From: Acidimicrobiia bacterium
GTDB lineage: Bacteria > Actinomycetota > Acidimicrobiia > Spongiisociales > ZC4RG35
NCBI GenBank assembly: GCA_965215185.1
Contig: OZ244034.1
Location: 640,001 to 704,000 of the forward strand
DNA length: 64,000 nucleotides
Direction: 5' to 3'
A program made the translations under genes and the position numbers. Shown here in pieces: positions 30,689 to 40,807 of the stretch (position 1 is the first letter of the stretch; each line of letters begins with the position of its first letter). The notes under the pieces are model-generated. The model saw only the letters and a program-made list of their open reading frames with translations, was not told the origin of the DNA and did no database searches.

Positions 30689-31243
30689 ATGAAAATTGCA
30701 AACGATTTTGAAGTCTCCCAGCCCCTTGCGGTGGTGTGGGATTTCTTTCAGGATGTACGCACTGTCGCGGAGTGCATGCCCGGAGCCGAACTCACCGAAG
30801 ACAAGGGTGACGGCATGTATGCCGGCAAGGTTTCGGCCAAACTCGGGCCACTGAGCGCCAGCTTTGAGGGTGAAGCCACGATTGTGGCCGATGCGGCTAC
30901 CCATTCAGCCACCATCAAGGGCAAAGGCGTTGACAAAAGGGGCGGCAGCCGCGGTCGGATGTCGGTGTTGTACCAACTCCGGGAGACGGAGGCGGGCACC
31001 GGAGTCAATATCGATGCGGATGTAACCCTGGCCGGGGCTGCGGCCCAATTCGGGCGCAGCGGACTGATCCGCGAAATTTCCAATCGGTTGATCAGCGAAT
31101 TTGCCCGATGCCTGGAAGGCAAGTTGAGCGCGGTAACCGTGGAAGAAGCCGCTCAAGTGCAAGCGGGTGAGGTCAAAGGACTCCAGTTGTTCCTTTCAAC
31201 CCTGGGCGCCCGCATCAAAGGTGTCTTTTCCCGCTCGGAGTAA
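30689..31243 (+). CDS. coxG: CoxG (SRPBCC) family protein
   Basis: VWDFF..VAECMPGA, KLGP..F.G, AAQFGR. Confidence 0.85.
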   Translation: MKIANDFEVSQPLAVVWDFFQDVRTVAECMPGAELTEDKGDGMYAGKVSAKLGPLSASFEGEATIVADAATHSATIKGKGVDKRGGSRGRMSVLYQLRETEAGTGVNIDADVTLAGAAAQFGRSGLIREISNRLISEFARCLEGKLSAVTVEEAAQVQAGEVKGLQLFLSTLGARIKGVFSRSE

Positions 31244-31388
31244 AACCGGTTGCCAACCTAGTCGGCGTGTCCTGCTCGTTGGCGCGGTCTGGTTTGCTTG
31301 CTTCCCGAAAAAGACTGAAAGATATGGGGGTTTTTCTCTCCCTCCACATAGAAAAGGCTGAAAGACCCGGTAGCTGCCCTAGCCGACC

Positions 31389-34109
31389 TCAACGTTTCCA
31401 GGAGGGCCCCGACTCGGGATCTATCCAGTAGCGCTTCATGGCGTCGTTGACTGTCGACGGCGCCAAGCTTCCCTGGGCGGAGAGGGCAGACAGGACGTTC
31501 ACCACCAGATAACCGGTGTCTATCTCGAAGAACCGACGGAGCCTCCTACGGGTGTCCGAGCGACCGAATCCATCTGTACCCAGGGTCACGTAGCGGGCAG
31601 GCACCCATCTGGCGATCTGGTCAGGGACGGCCCTCATAAAATCTGTCACTGCGGTGATGACCCCACCGGCTGTGTCCAGCTTTTGGGTCACATAGGGTCT
31701 GCGGGGGCGTTGGTCGGGATGAAGCAGGTTCCAACGTTCGACTTCCAGCGCTTCGCTTCGGAGAGCCTGATAGGAGGGGGCCGACCACAACTCCACTCCG
31801 ACTCCGTAGTGTTCCGCCAGATCTGTCCGGGCTTGCTGGGCCGCTTTCACGGTCGCGCCCGAGAACAGGATTGATCCTTGCTTTTCTAAGCCCTCGGGGG
31901 AGTGTGCCCAGCGGTACAGTCCGGCCAGGATACCCCCGTCCACCCCAGCAGGTTTGACCGGGTGGTGATAGTTCTCGTTGTAAACGGTGATGTAGTAGGA
32001 AATGTCCTCGTTCTCCTGGTACATCCGCCGTATCCCGTCCTCAATGATCACCCCCAACTCATAGGCGTAGGCAGGGTCGTAACTCCTCATGGAAGGGACG
32101 GTAGAAGACAGCAACAGGCTGTGACCATCCTGATGTTGAAGGCCCTCGCCCATCAAAGTGGTGCGGCCGGCGGTGGCGCCCAGCAGGAACCCGCGCGCCC
32201 GCGCATCGGCTGCCGCCCAGATCATGTCACCCACTCTTTGGAATCCGAACATCGAATAGAAAATGAAGAATGGGACCATGGGCACGCCCCGGTTGGCGTA
32301 ACAGGTGGCGGCGGCAGTCCAGGAGGCCAGCGATCCCGCCTCGGTGATTCCCTCTTCGAGGAGTTGTCCGTCCTGTCGTTCCAGGTAGGCGAGGATCATC
32401 GCCGCATCCACCGGTTCGTAGAGTTGGCCGCGGGAGGCATAGATACCCAGTTCCCGAAAGAGTGGGTCCATCCCGAAAGTGCGGGCCTCGTCGGGCACGA
32501 TGGGCACCACCCGCGGACCGAATTCCGGCGCTCGGCACAAGTTGCGCAAGAGTCGCACGAAGGCGGTGGTGGTGGAGACTTCCACCTTTCCGCTGCCTGT
32601 ATTTAATACGTCGAAGGTTTCAGGCGCAGGAAGGGTGAGGGGCTTTCTGACTCTTACTACCCGATTGGGGAGCCATCCGCCCAGGCGCTTGCGACCTTCC
32701 AATAGGTATTGGTATTCGGGAGAGGAGATGGGCGGTCGGTAGTAGGGTGGATCCTCATCTCCTTCGAAAGCCTCATCGGGTATCTCCTGGCGAAGCTCCA
32801 GACGGTCGCGAAGTTGCTTGAGCTGTTGGTTGGTGAGTTGTTTTATCTGGTGGGTGGCGTTTCTTCCCTCCACATCAGGCCCCAGTGTCCACCCCTTGAT
32901 GGTCTTTGCGAGGATTACGGTGGGCGCCCCCGAGGCGCAGGTGGCGGCCTTATAGGCGGCGTATACCTTCTGGGGATCGTGTCCTCCTCGGCGTAACTCC
33001 CAGATGTCCCGGTCAGTGAGATGCTTAGCCATAGCCAGCGTCCGTGGGTCCTTTCCGAAGAAATGTTCTCGCACGAAGGCGCCGTTTTCCGCCTTATAGC
33101 GCTGGTATTCGCCATCCAGGGTCCGGTGCATAACGTCCACCAGCGTCCCGTCGTGGTCCTGTTCCAACAAGGGATCCCATCCCGATCCCCACACCACCTT
33201 TATGACGTTCCAACCTGCTCCCCGAAAGATCGCCTCCAACTCTTGGATGATCTTGCCGTTGCCCCGGACGGGACCGTCCAACCGCTGGAGGTTGCAGTTG
33301 ACCACCCACACCAGATTGTCCAGTCCCTCCCGAGTCGCCAGGGAGATTGATCCCAGTGTTTCCGGCTCGTCGCATTCTCCGTCACCGATGAAGCACCACA
33401 CTCGGCTGTCTTCGGTGGAGTCAACCTCCCGGTTCTGAAGGTACTTATTGAAGCGGGCGTGGTAGAGCGAATTGATGGGGCCCAGACCCATTGAGACTGT
33501 CGGGTACTCCCAGAATTCGGGCATCAGGCGGGGGTGGGGGTAAGAGGAAAGGCCCCCTCCGTCTATCTCCATGCGAAAGTTGTCGAGATGATGTTCGTCG
33601 AGGCGACGCTCCAGAAAGGCGCGGGCATAGATACCGGGCGCGGCGTGTCCTTGGATATAGAGGGCGTCGCCCGGTTGTCCGTCCCCTTTTCCTTGGAAGA
33701 AGTGATTGAAACCTATTTCGTAAAGCAACGCCGAGGAAGCGAAAGTGGACAGGTGCCCACCGATGCCTTTCTCCATGTCGTTGGCCTTGATCACCATCAC
33801 CGCCGCATTCCAGCGTATGAAGCGACGGATCCTCTTCTCCAGCCGCAAATCACCCGGATAGGGAGGTTCCTCCTCGGGCGGGATTGAGTTGATGTAGGGG
33901 GTGCTAATAGAGCCTGGCGCCGCCATACCTTTTTGGCGCGCCCGGTCCATCAGCTTGGTGAGCAAAAACTCCCCCCGGGCCGTGCCGCTTTCTCCAACCA
34001 CCGCATCCAGCGACTCAATCCACTCGTTTGTTTCTTGGGGGTCGGTGTCCTGATGCTGGTGGACAAACCCGTCCACGTAGGAGAGACTGTATTCTTTCCA
34101 ATAGGTCAT
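31389..34109 (-). CDS. aceE: Pyruvate dehydrogenase E1, homodimeric type (start may be GTG at 34076)
   Basis: DPQETNEW, GGHLS, PTVSMGLG, GDGE.DEPE, NLQRLDGPV, LGTDGFGRS. Confidence 0.97.
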   Translation of the reverse strand: MTYWKEYSLSYVDGFVHQHQDTDPQETNEWIESLDAVVGESGTARGEFLLTKLMDRARQKGMAAPGSISTPYINSIPPEEEPPYPGDLRLEKRIRRFIRWNAAVMVIKANDMEKGIGGHLSTFASSALLYEIGFNHFFQGKGDGQPGDALYIQGHAAPGIYARAFLERRLDEHHLDNFRMEIDGGGLSSYPHPRLMPEFWEYPTVSMGLGPINSLYHARFNKYLQNREVDSTEDSRVWCFIGDGECDEPETLGSISLATREGLDNLVWVVNCNLQRLDGPVRGNGKIIQELEAIFRGAGWNVIKVVWGSGWDPLLEQDHDGTLVDVMHRTLDGEYQRYKAENGAFVREHFFGKDPRTLAMAKHLTDRDIWELRRGGHDPQKVYAAYKAATCASGAPTVILAKTIKGWTLGPDVEGRNATHQIKQLTNQQLKQLRDRLELRQEIPDEAFEGDEDPPYYRPPISSPEYQYLLEGRKRLGGWLPNRVVRVRKPLTLPAPETFDVLNTGSGKVEVSTTTAFVRLLRNLCRAPEFGPRVVPIVPDEARTFGMDPLFRELGIYASRGQLYEPVDAAMILAYLERQDGQLLEEGITEAGSLASWTAAATCYANRGVPMVPFFIFYSMFGFQRVGDMIWAAADARARGFLLGATAGRTTLMGEGLQHQDGHSLLLSSTVPSMRSYDPAYAYELGVIIEDGIRRMYQENEDISYYITVYNENYHHPVKPAGVDGGILAGLYRWAHSPEGLEKQGSILFSGATVKAAQQARTDLAEHYGVGVELWSAPSYQALRSEALEVERWNLLHPDQRPRRPYVTQKLDTAGGVITAVTDFMRAVPDQIARWVPARYVTLGTDGFGRSDTRRRLRRFFEIDTGYLVVNVLSALSAQGSLAPSTVNDAMKRYWIDPESGPSWKR

Positions 34110-34215
34110 CGTCTCACGGAAGGATACCCAGATGAGGGAGGGTGTCAGGTTTGGGTAGATCAGAGGGAGGGTGCCGGGTTTGGAAGGATTAGGGGAAGAA
34201 AGGACTTTTTGTAAG

Positions 34216-35610
34216 TTGCGCATTCTGCTGATCTCCACCTACGAGTTGGGGCACCAACCTCTCCATGTGGCCTGGCCCGCCGCTGCTCTTATCTCGGCGG
34301 GGCATTCCGTGAAAGCGCTGGATCTGGCGGTTGAGCCCTGGGACGATCACAAGGTGAGGTGGGCGGAGGCGGTGGGGCTCTCGGTTCCGATGCACACCGC
34401 TATGCGGCTGGGTGTGGAAACCGCCCGGCGTATCAAGGCGACCCGCTCCGAACTCCCCATCGTGTTTTACGGACTGTACGCGGCCGCGGCAACCGACGAG
34501 GTGGTGGGTCAAGTGGCTGACCGAGCCATTGCTGGTGAGTACACGGCCGAACTGGTCGACTGGTTCGGCCGATTGAAGTCCACCTCTTGGCGGGGAAAGA
34601 CCCCGATCACCATCTCCACTGCTTTGTCCACTTCATTGGTTCCTGCCCGTGGACTCTTGCCCTCTTTGGACAAATATGTCTGCATGGAGCACGGAAGTGT
34701 AAGCCGGTTGGCGGGGTATGTGGAGGGGAGCAGGGGGTGCCGCCACCGGTGTCGGCATTGCCCGTTGCCATCGGTTTACAACGGGCGGTACCGAATCGTG
34801 GATGGCGAAAGTGTCTTGGCCGACATCCGTTGGCTCACTGAGAACGGAGCACAGCACATCACTTTTGGCGATCCCGATTTTCTCAACGGACCTGCCCATG
34901 CCCGACGGCTGATTGAAGCCGCCCATTCCGAGTTCCCTGATATCACCTTCGACTTAACGGTTAAGGTAGAACACATCCTTTCCCATCCAGGGATTTGGCG
35001 GGAGATGGCCGGGCGCAATGTGCTGTTCGTGGTATCGGCTTTTGAGACAGTGAACGATCGGGTGCTCGAGCTCTTGGACAAAGGCCACACGGCTGCCGAT
35101 TTATCGCGGGCGGTGGGAGTGATGAGAGAAGCGGGGATAGCGGTTCGACCGTCATGGCTTCCTTTCACGCCGTGGACCCAACTGTCTGATCTTGACGACA
35201 TCTTCACCTTCATTGCCGATCATGATCTGATGGGGGCCACCGACCCCGTCCAGATGGGGATTCGACTGCTGGTTCCCGAAGGATCGCTGGTGCTGTCTAT
35301 ACCCGGCGCCCGTGAGGAAACACTGGGCAGGTACGACCCACAGGCTCTGGGCTATACCTGGGAGTCTGCTGATCCAGCGGTCGATGAACTTCAGAGACAG
35401 GTTATGGCTTTGGCCGAAGTCGGGAGCTTGGGGGAAATGAACACCCGCCAAACTCTTCACGCACAATGGTCGCAGGCCCGCCTGGTGGTGGGGCGACCGC
35501 CGCCCTCGCTGGAAGAAGTGGAATGGCTGGATCAGGTTCCCGGTCTCACCGAGTCCTGGTTCTGCTGTGCGGAGCCCACCGAAAGGCAGATGGCGGGTAT
35601 ATCCCGATAG
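34216..35610 (+). CDS. CUAEP/CCAEP-tail radical SAM protein (Cys form)
   Basis: TTG start MRILLISTYELGHQP; B12-binding-like N-domain; CRHRCRHC; HITFGDPDF; tail WFCCAEPT. Confidence 0.88.
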   Translation: MRILLISTYELGHQPLHVAWPAAALISAGHSVKALDLAVEPWDDHKVRWAEAVGLSVPMHTAMRLGVETARRIKATRSELPIVFYGLYAAAATDEVVGQVADRAIAGEYTAELVDWFGRLKSTSWRGKTPITISTALSTSLVPARGLLPSLDKYVCMEHGSVSRLAGYVEGSRGCRHRCRHCPLPSVYNGRYRIVDGESVLADIRWLTENGAQHITFGDPDFLNGPAHARRLIEAAHSEFPDITFDLTVKVEHILSHPGIWREMAGRNVLFVVSAFETVNDRVLELLDKGHTAADLSRAVGVMREAGIAVRPSWLPFTPWTQLSDLDDIFTFIADHDLMGATDPVQMGIRLLVPEGSLVLSIPGAREETLGRYDPQALGYTWESADPAVDELQRQVMALAEVGSLGEMNTRQTLHAQWSQARLVVGRPPPSLEEVEWLDQVPGLTESWFCCAEPTERQMAGISR

Positions 35611-35616
35611 AGGTCT

Positions 35617-37038
35617 TCATCGGTGGGAACGGCATCTTCGCTCGAAGGGGCAGGTGCTGCACCATTCTCCCACCTGAAAGGGAGGAGACGTGGCGTCGAG
35701 GTAGTCCCACTGGGCAGCGGATTCGGCGATTCTGCCCAGTTGAAGAATTAACTTCTCCATCTGGCTTCGCTCCCATACCTTGCGATCACAGACCGGGTCT
35801 TCCCCGATGGTGGAGAGGCGGTGGATGTGAGTGGCCACGGTAGCGCATTTGAGTCGGAGAAAGGCGCCGAGCGCGTACAACTCCGCTTCGAAGGGTTGTG
35901 CCCTTGGTGACGAACCCGTTTTGTGGTCGATCACAGCTGCCGTGCCATCCCCTTCCCGTCCCACCCCGTCGGCGATGCCATACAAGACCACCGAGACAGG
36001 TTTATGACCAGCGCCGAACCGGACCGAGAATCCCAGCGGAAACTCGGTCTCTTTGATGTTGAGGGTGGATGTGCAGGGGAGGCTCAGGTGCTGTCGGTAC
36101 AGAGACTCCATTTCCAGGTCCCCTGAGAAAACCGAGGCGGGTTCATCTGACAGCAAGGCCTTGGCCATCAGTTGATGAAACCTGTTCCCCACCACCAAAC
36201 CGGGGGAAATCTCACGGGAGTAATGATCTTGATCGGGGGGGATGGAGAACCATAGCCTCCAAGCTGCTCTTCTTTCGCAATAGGCCATTTCCGGCAGACG
36301 CGACTTGGAGATCATCAGTCGGAAAGCCGAAGACTTGCGCTTCTTGGGAGGGTTGATCTTCTCCGCTCCTCGGTCGAGGCGGGGAAAGGCATCACATAGG
36401 TCGGTCACCTTGCAGGTTACGCAGTGGGGACCCGCCACGATCATTGGGTCGGAGTTCGCCATCTTTTGGTAGTCGGCCTCCAATTCGGCCAGGACCTCTC
36501 GCGCCTGGTGCCGAGGCATCTCCAGGCGGATCAACTCCCCATCCGCGGTTCTCATCTCATAGGCTTCCAACCGGTCTGGATAGCGGGGGTCGGTGACGAT
36601 GGCGGCGATCTCTTCTGCAGCTGTGGCGAATTCGGTCTCTTCGTCAATCTGCGCTGTCTTGAGTTTGAACATTTTCAACAGACCTTCGGAGCTCGTCTGT
36701 GTGAACTGAAAGGAAACCCTCAGCTTTTCTGTATCAATCGGGATGATCAGATGTGGCCAGTCGCGGTCGATTTCCCCTTGATCGAGCGAGGGCAGGAGCT
36801 TTCTGACTCTATTGACCTGGGCGGCTACGATCGCAGCTTGGACAGGATCGAACTGCTCAGGGGGCGCGGGCTTTGGTGAGTCGATCAGTTCCGCTTCCAG
36901 GGCTTCCCATGTCGCATTCCATCTCCTCAATGAAGGAGTATTCGGGTTCACTGCCGGCGATCGTTCTCCCAGATTGGCAAAGGAACCTGGACACTTTCTT
37001 TTGCTCGGTATGTCGATCAGTTCTTTGGGTGTACTCAT
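35617..37038 (-). CDS. Tandem PD-(D/E)XK (Cas4/RecB-like) protein with two Cys4 Fe-S staples
   Basis: C-domain: [31 protein letters not shown]; N-domain: KCP and [11 protein letters not shown] with degenerate catalytic motifs. Confidence 0.75.
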   Translation of the reverse strand: MSTPKELIDIPSKRKCPGSFANLGERSPAVNPNTPSLRRWNATWEALEAELIDSPKPAPPEQFDPVQAAIVAAQVNRVRKLLPSLDQGEIDRDWPHLIIPIDTEKLRVSFQFTQTSSEGLLKMFKLKTAQIDEETEFATAAEEIAAIVTDPRYPDRLEAYEMRTADGELIRLEMPRHQAREVLAELEADYQKMANSDPMIVAGPHCVTCKVTDLCDAFPRLDRGAEKINPPKKRKSSAFRLMISKSRLPEMAYCERRAAWRLWFSIPPDQDHYSREISPGLVVGNRFHQLMAKALLSDEPASVFSGDLEMESLYRQHLSLPCTSTLNIKETEFPLGFSVRFGAGHKPVSVVLYGIADGVGREGDGTAAVIDHKTGSSPRAQPFEAELYALGAFLRLKCATVATHIHRLSTIGEDPVCDRKVWERSQMEKLILQLGRIAESAAQWDYLDATSPPFQVGEWCSTCPFERRCRSHR

Positions 37039-37109
37039 GTTGTTGGCCTCCTGCCGGGGGTACTGCCGAGGATTATCTTTCCAGCGAGACTTCTACCATC
37101 ATGGCTCAG

Positions 37110-37565
37110 ATGCGGGTAGTGGTGCAAAGGGTTTCCAGGGCGCGGGTGGTGATGGACGGCGAGACGGTCGGGGAGATCGCCGAGGGTCTCGTGGCTCTGG
37201 TCGGGATCACTCATGATGACACCGTGGCGGATGCCCGGGCGGCGGCCTCCAAGATGGCTGGCCTTCGGATATTTGCGGACTCCGAGCGAAAAATGAACCT
37301 CTCCCTGGCCGACACGGGGGGAGCGGCGTTGGTGGTGAGCCAGTTCACCTTGTACGGCGACGTTCGCAAAGGTCGTCGCCCTTCGTTCGTTGCAGCTGCG
37401 CGTCCTGAACCCGCCCAGCGCCTGGTAGACGAGGTGGTGGCCGAATTGCGGGGCCGGGGGATCAATGTAGCCACCGGAAGGTTCGGAGCGATAATGGAGG
37501 TCTCCCTGACCAACGACGGCCCGGTCACCATCCTTTTGGAAACCAGTGGAGGCCGAGTGGTCTGA
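37110..37565 (+). CDS. dtd: D-aminoacyl-tRNA deacylase
   Basis: [19 protein letters not shown]. Confidence 0.96.
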   Translation: MRVVVQRVSRARVVMDGETVGEIAEGLVALVGITHDDTVADARAAASKMAGLRIFADSERKMNLSLADTGGAALVVSQFTLYGDVRKGRRPSFVAAARPEPAQRLVDEVVAELRGRGINVATGRFGAIMEVSLTNDGPVTILLETSGGRVV

Positions 37566-37582
37566 AGCTCTCTGGTCCTCGA

Positions 37583-40500
37583 TCAAGGCTTTCTCCCGAT
37601 CGAAGCAATGAAGGTTTTACCTGCCGGGCAGACTTGCAGAAAGTCACATTTTCGGCATTCGGTCGAGGGAGTGGGGTCCCAGCGTTCCGCGGTGATGGAG
37701 TGGGCCATGGCCTTCAATCGTTCTCGGGCTGAGGACAGCCACTTTTGGTCCACCGCCTCGGCGCTGGGGAGTTCTGCCAGGCTCCCCCCTCCCAGGTAGG
37801 CAATGGTCACCGAGAGGTTGGTCGGGGTGGGGCCAAGTTCGGGTATTTCCCGCACGGCCAGGGCATAGACCTGCATCTGAGCCAAACGGGCTGAATGGGG
37901 GTCGTCGGCTGGTGGCTGCCCGGACTTGAAGTCAACGATTTCCCAGGTGTCGGAGGCATTTTGGTACACGGCATCAATGCGGCCTCGCACCAAGAAGTTG
38001 TTTTCCAGGTGGAGCGTGAATGCCTTTTCGAGCCACTGGATCTTCATGTCCGAGAAGCGGGACTTGCGGAACACCCCGAATGGGTCAGCGCCGGCTACAG
38101 AGTCCACCGGGCGGTCGTCACCGGTGAGTTCGGGGACTTCGGTGTCCGGTTCCAGCAGAGGGACTTTGCCTTGGTGGTATAGCTCGATCTGGCGGTGGAT
38201 CCGAGTCCCTCGACGGGTGACGTAGGAATAGCGGCGAGGAAGAGGCTCCACCTTTGTCCAAAAGTACTTCTTGGGGCATTGGGCGTAACTCACCAGGTCC
38301 GTTGCCGAAGCGGTGACCAGTTCCGGGCCAGTTTGGGGTGTTGGGTCGGATAGCCGGAACAGCAGGCCCGAGAATTCCTCAAGAGCGGATTGGTACTCTT
38401 CTTCGACTCCCTCCAGGCGGGCCATTTCGGCTATCGAGTCTGGATCCTCCAAGGCGAGGCGTAAACCCTCGGGCCATCCTCTTTCTTTGAAGAGAGGATC
38501 GGGTGCGGAGGCTGCTTGGGTAGAAGTGACGAAGCTGTTAGGGCGAGACCCCGCTGGGTATAGCTGTTCCAAAGCCTCATCCACATTGGCGGGTGGCTCT
38601 TTCTGGGTGGCCAGCCAGACGGCCTTGAAAAAATCGCTTTTCTGGGGGGGTCTGGCTTGTTGGGTGGGTTCCGGATAGCCGTACCAGTGTGCGCCGGAAA
38701 ACACCAATTCTTCTCTTGCGCGAGTGGCAGCCACGTAGGCGACTCGCCATTCTTGGGATCGGTGAGCGGTTTGGGCTCTACTGTAGTTTTGCGCCAAGCT
38801 GGTTTGGATCTTAAGGGCGTTCATGGTGGCCCTGATCTCATTATGAGGGGATGGGTCGATCTGCCATTCCCAGGGGAGGGTCTCGGCTTTCCTATAAGGA
38901 TCGTCGTATCCGCCCACGGCTAGGGAGGGAAAGTTATGCTGGTAGAGCGCCGGGATAAACACCACCGGCCACTCTAGGCCCTTGGCTTTGTGGACGGTCA
39001 GCAGCGGCACCGCGTCCTCATCGGATAGCCGCGCGGCATCTACCTGTTCGGAGGGTTCCTCCAGTAGAGCATCCAGGTAGTTGAGGAATTCCTCCGTAGT
39101 GGATGGTCCTTCCAGCGGTGACCAACTCTCCGCCAGGTCAAGGAAACGGTAAAGGTTGAGATGGGCGGAGAGACGTGTGTTGTCGGACATGGACTCCACG
39201 TCCACCCAGGCCCGGGTCCTCTTGAGGATCAGCCGACACGAATCTCCCGCAGTTCTGCCCTGACAGACACGCAACAGTTGGCGATATTCGTCGTGGAAGC
39301 GACGAAAGGGCTCCTCCAACGATTCGGGCAACTGACTCCAGAACTTGGGATTCTCCAATCCGTCAAGCAGGGCTTGGGGGCGATCATCGCGGTCCCGGTA
39401 GGCAAAGCGGGTCAAATGCCGGATATCTCCCAGCCCCAGTCGGTAGCGACTTCCGCCCAGCAGGCGGGCGGCTGCTTCCCGGTCGTCGAATCGGCCGATC
39501 ACTCTCAGCCAGGAGTGGATCTCCACAACTTCGGGCACGGTGAGCAATCCCCCTATGTTGGCCACTTCCGCCGGGATGTCGTGGGCCTTCAGCTGCCTGT
39601 ACACCCCCATTATGTCCTTGGTTTTGCGAAAGAGCACCGCCATGTCCCGCCAGTTTCTGCCCTCTTTGTGGCGTTCGATCAGCTGTTCGGCGATCCACAC
39701 CGCCTCGTCTATGAATGTGTTGTGCCACTGGGCTGTCACTTTGGAACGGGGCGCGGTGTGAAGAGCTTGAAGCCCGGGCGTATGCGATCCTATTTCCGCC
39801 TTTATTCGGTTGGCAAACCGGACAATCTCCTCTCCGGAGCGGCGGTTCAAGGTGAGGGGGAGGGTTGCGGCGGGCACTCCTTCCTTGTTGGGAAAGTGGG
39901 TGGGGAAGTCTTGAAAATTCTCCAGTGAGGCTCCCCGCCATTCATAGAGGGTTTGATCGGAGTCGCCCACCACTGTCAGAGGAAAGCCATTGCCGAACAG
40001 CTCTTGGAGGATTGCCCGCTGCGCGACGTTGGTGTCTTGGTATTCATCGGCCACCACCGCCCGATAGCGTCCTATGATCCGCCGGGCGATGTGAGGCTGT
40101 GTGGTGATGATCCGATGGGCCTGGGTGATCAGGTCTCCGAAGTCCACCACCCCCAGTTGGCGTTTGAGAGCCTGGTAGTGGCGGGCGGCCTCCACCATGC
40201 CCCGGCGCTTGGAGAAAGTGGCTGCCAGTTTTTGGTAGTTCTCGAAGTCTTTCTTGCGCCGAAAATCTGCTCGTACAAGTTCGGGGATTGCGGCGGACAG
40301 CATCGCCTCTTCGATCTCATCGGGGTCGCGCAGGTGATCAGCCAGGGAAGAGCAGAAACGGATGATCACGCCCGGCAGATAGAAGAAGTTGGTGTTGTCA
40401 AGCCCGGGAAGGGAGTGCTCTCTGACCACCTGTTTTACTAGCTGGCGGGTCTGCGCCGGACCGATGATGGACAGATTCCGCTCGATTTCCACTAGCGCCC

Positions 40501-40807
40501 CGAACTCGGTGACGATTTGGGAGCAAAAGCCGTGATAGGTGTTGACTTGGACTTCCCGGAGAGGCTCAGTGTGGTTGAAGAGCACCTGCTGGATTCGATG
40601 CGCGAGTTCTTGGGCCGCCTTGTTGGTGAAGGTGAGCCCCAGAATCTGCTCCGCAGGTATGCCCTTTTCCACCAGCTTGGCGATCCGATAGGAGACAGTG
40701 GTGGTTTTACCCGTACCGGCCCCCGCCGACACTCGGAGAGGCTGGAGCGGATAGTCCACCACCTCCTGTTGTTCGGAGGAAAGCTTGATTGGGGGAGCAG
40801 CGTTCAC
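37583..40807 (-). CDS. adnB: AdnB-like UvrD helicase with C-terminal RecB-type nuclease
   Basis: AGAGTGKT, LTFTNKAA, DEYQDT, TVHKAKGLEW, YVAATRA, GRIDAV, VDFKSG; GTGA coupling to the upstream gene. Confidence 0.85.
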   Translation of the reverse strand: MNAAPPIKLSSEQQEVVDYPLQPLRVSAGAGTGKTTTVSYRIAKLVEKGIPAEQILGLTFTNKAAQELAHRIQQVLFNHTEPLREVQVNTYHGFCSQIVTEFGALVEIERNLSIIGPAQTRQLVKQVVREHSLPGLDNTNFFYLPGVIIRFCSSLADHLRDPDEIEEAMLSAAIPELVRADFRRKKDFENYQKLAATFSKRRGMVEAARHYQALKRQLGVVDFGDLITQAHRIITTQPHIARRIIGRYRAVVADEYQDTNVAQRAILQELFGNGFPLTVVGDSDQTLYEWRGASLENFQDFPTHFPNKEGVPAATLPLTLNRRSGEEIVRFANRIKAEIGSHTPGLQALHTAPRSKVTAQWHNTFIDEAVWIAEQLIERHKEGRNWRDMAVLFRKTKDIMGVYRQLKAHDIPAEVANIGGLLTVPEVVEIHSWLRVIGRFDDREAAARLLGGSRYRLGLGDIRHLTRFAYRDRDDRPQALLDGLENPKFWSQLPESLEEPFRRFHDEYRQLLRVCQGRTAGDSCRLILKRTRAWVDVESMSDNTRLSAHLNLYRFLDLAESWSPLEGPSTTEEFLNYLDALLEEPSEQVDAARLSDEDAVPLLTVHKAKGLEWPVVFIPALYQHNFPSLAVGGYDDPYRKAETLPWEWQIDPSPHNEIRATMNALKIQTSLAQNYSRAQTAHRSQEWRVAYVAATRAREELVFSGAHWYGYPEPTQQARPPQKSDFFKAVWLATQKEPPANVDEALEQLYPAGSRPNSFVTSTQAASAPDPLFKERGWPEGLRLALEDPDSIAEMARLEGVEEEYQSALEEFSGLLFRLSDPTPQTGPELVTASATDLVSYAQCPKKYFWTKVEPLPRRYSYVTRRGTRIHRQIELYHQGKVPLLEPDTEVPELTGDDRPVDSVAGADPFGVFRKSRFSDMKIQWLEKAFTLHLENNFLVRGRIDAVYQNASDTWEIVDFKSGQPPADDPHSARLAQMQVYALAVREIPELGPTPTNLSVTIAYLGGGSLAELPSAEAVDQKWLSSARERLKAMAHSITAERWDPTPSTECRKCDFLQVCPAGKTFIASIGRKP

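Noticed and set aside
31307-31365. Direct repeat AAAAG(A/G)CTGAAAGA between convergent coxG and aceE
   Set aside because: Only two short copies between gene 3' ends; too little to call a CRISPR remnant, MITE or operator.
35563-35580. Selenocysteine recoding in the radical SAM tail
   Set aside because: The codons are TGC TGT (Cys-Cys) with no in-frame TGA.
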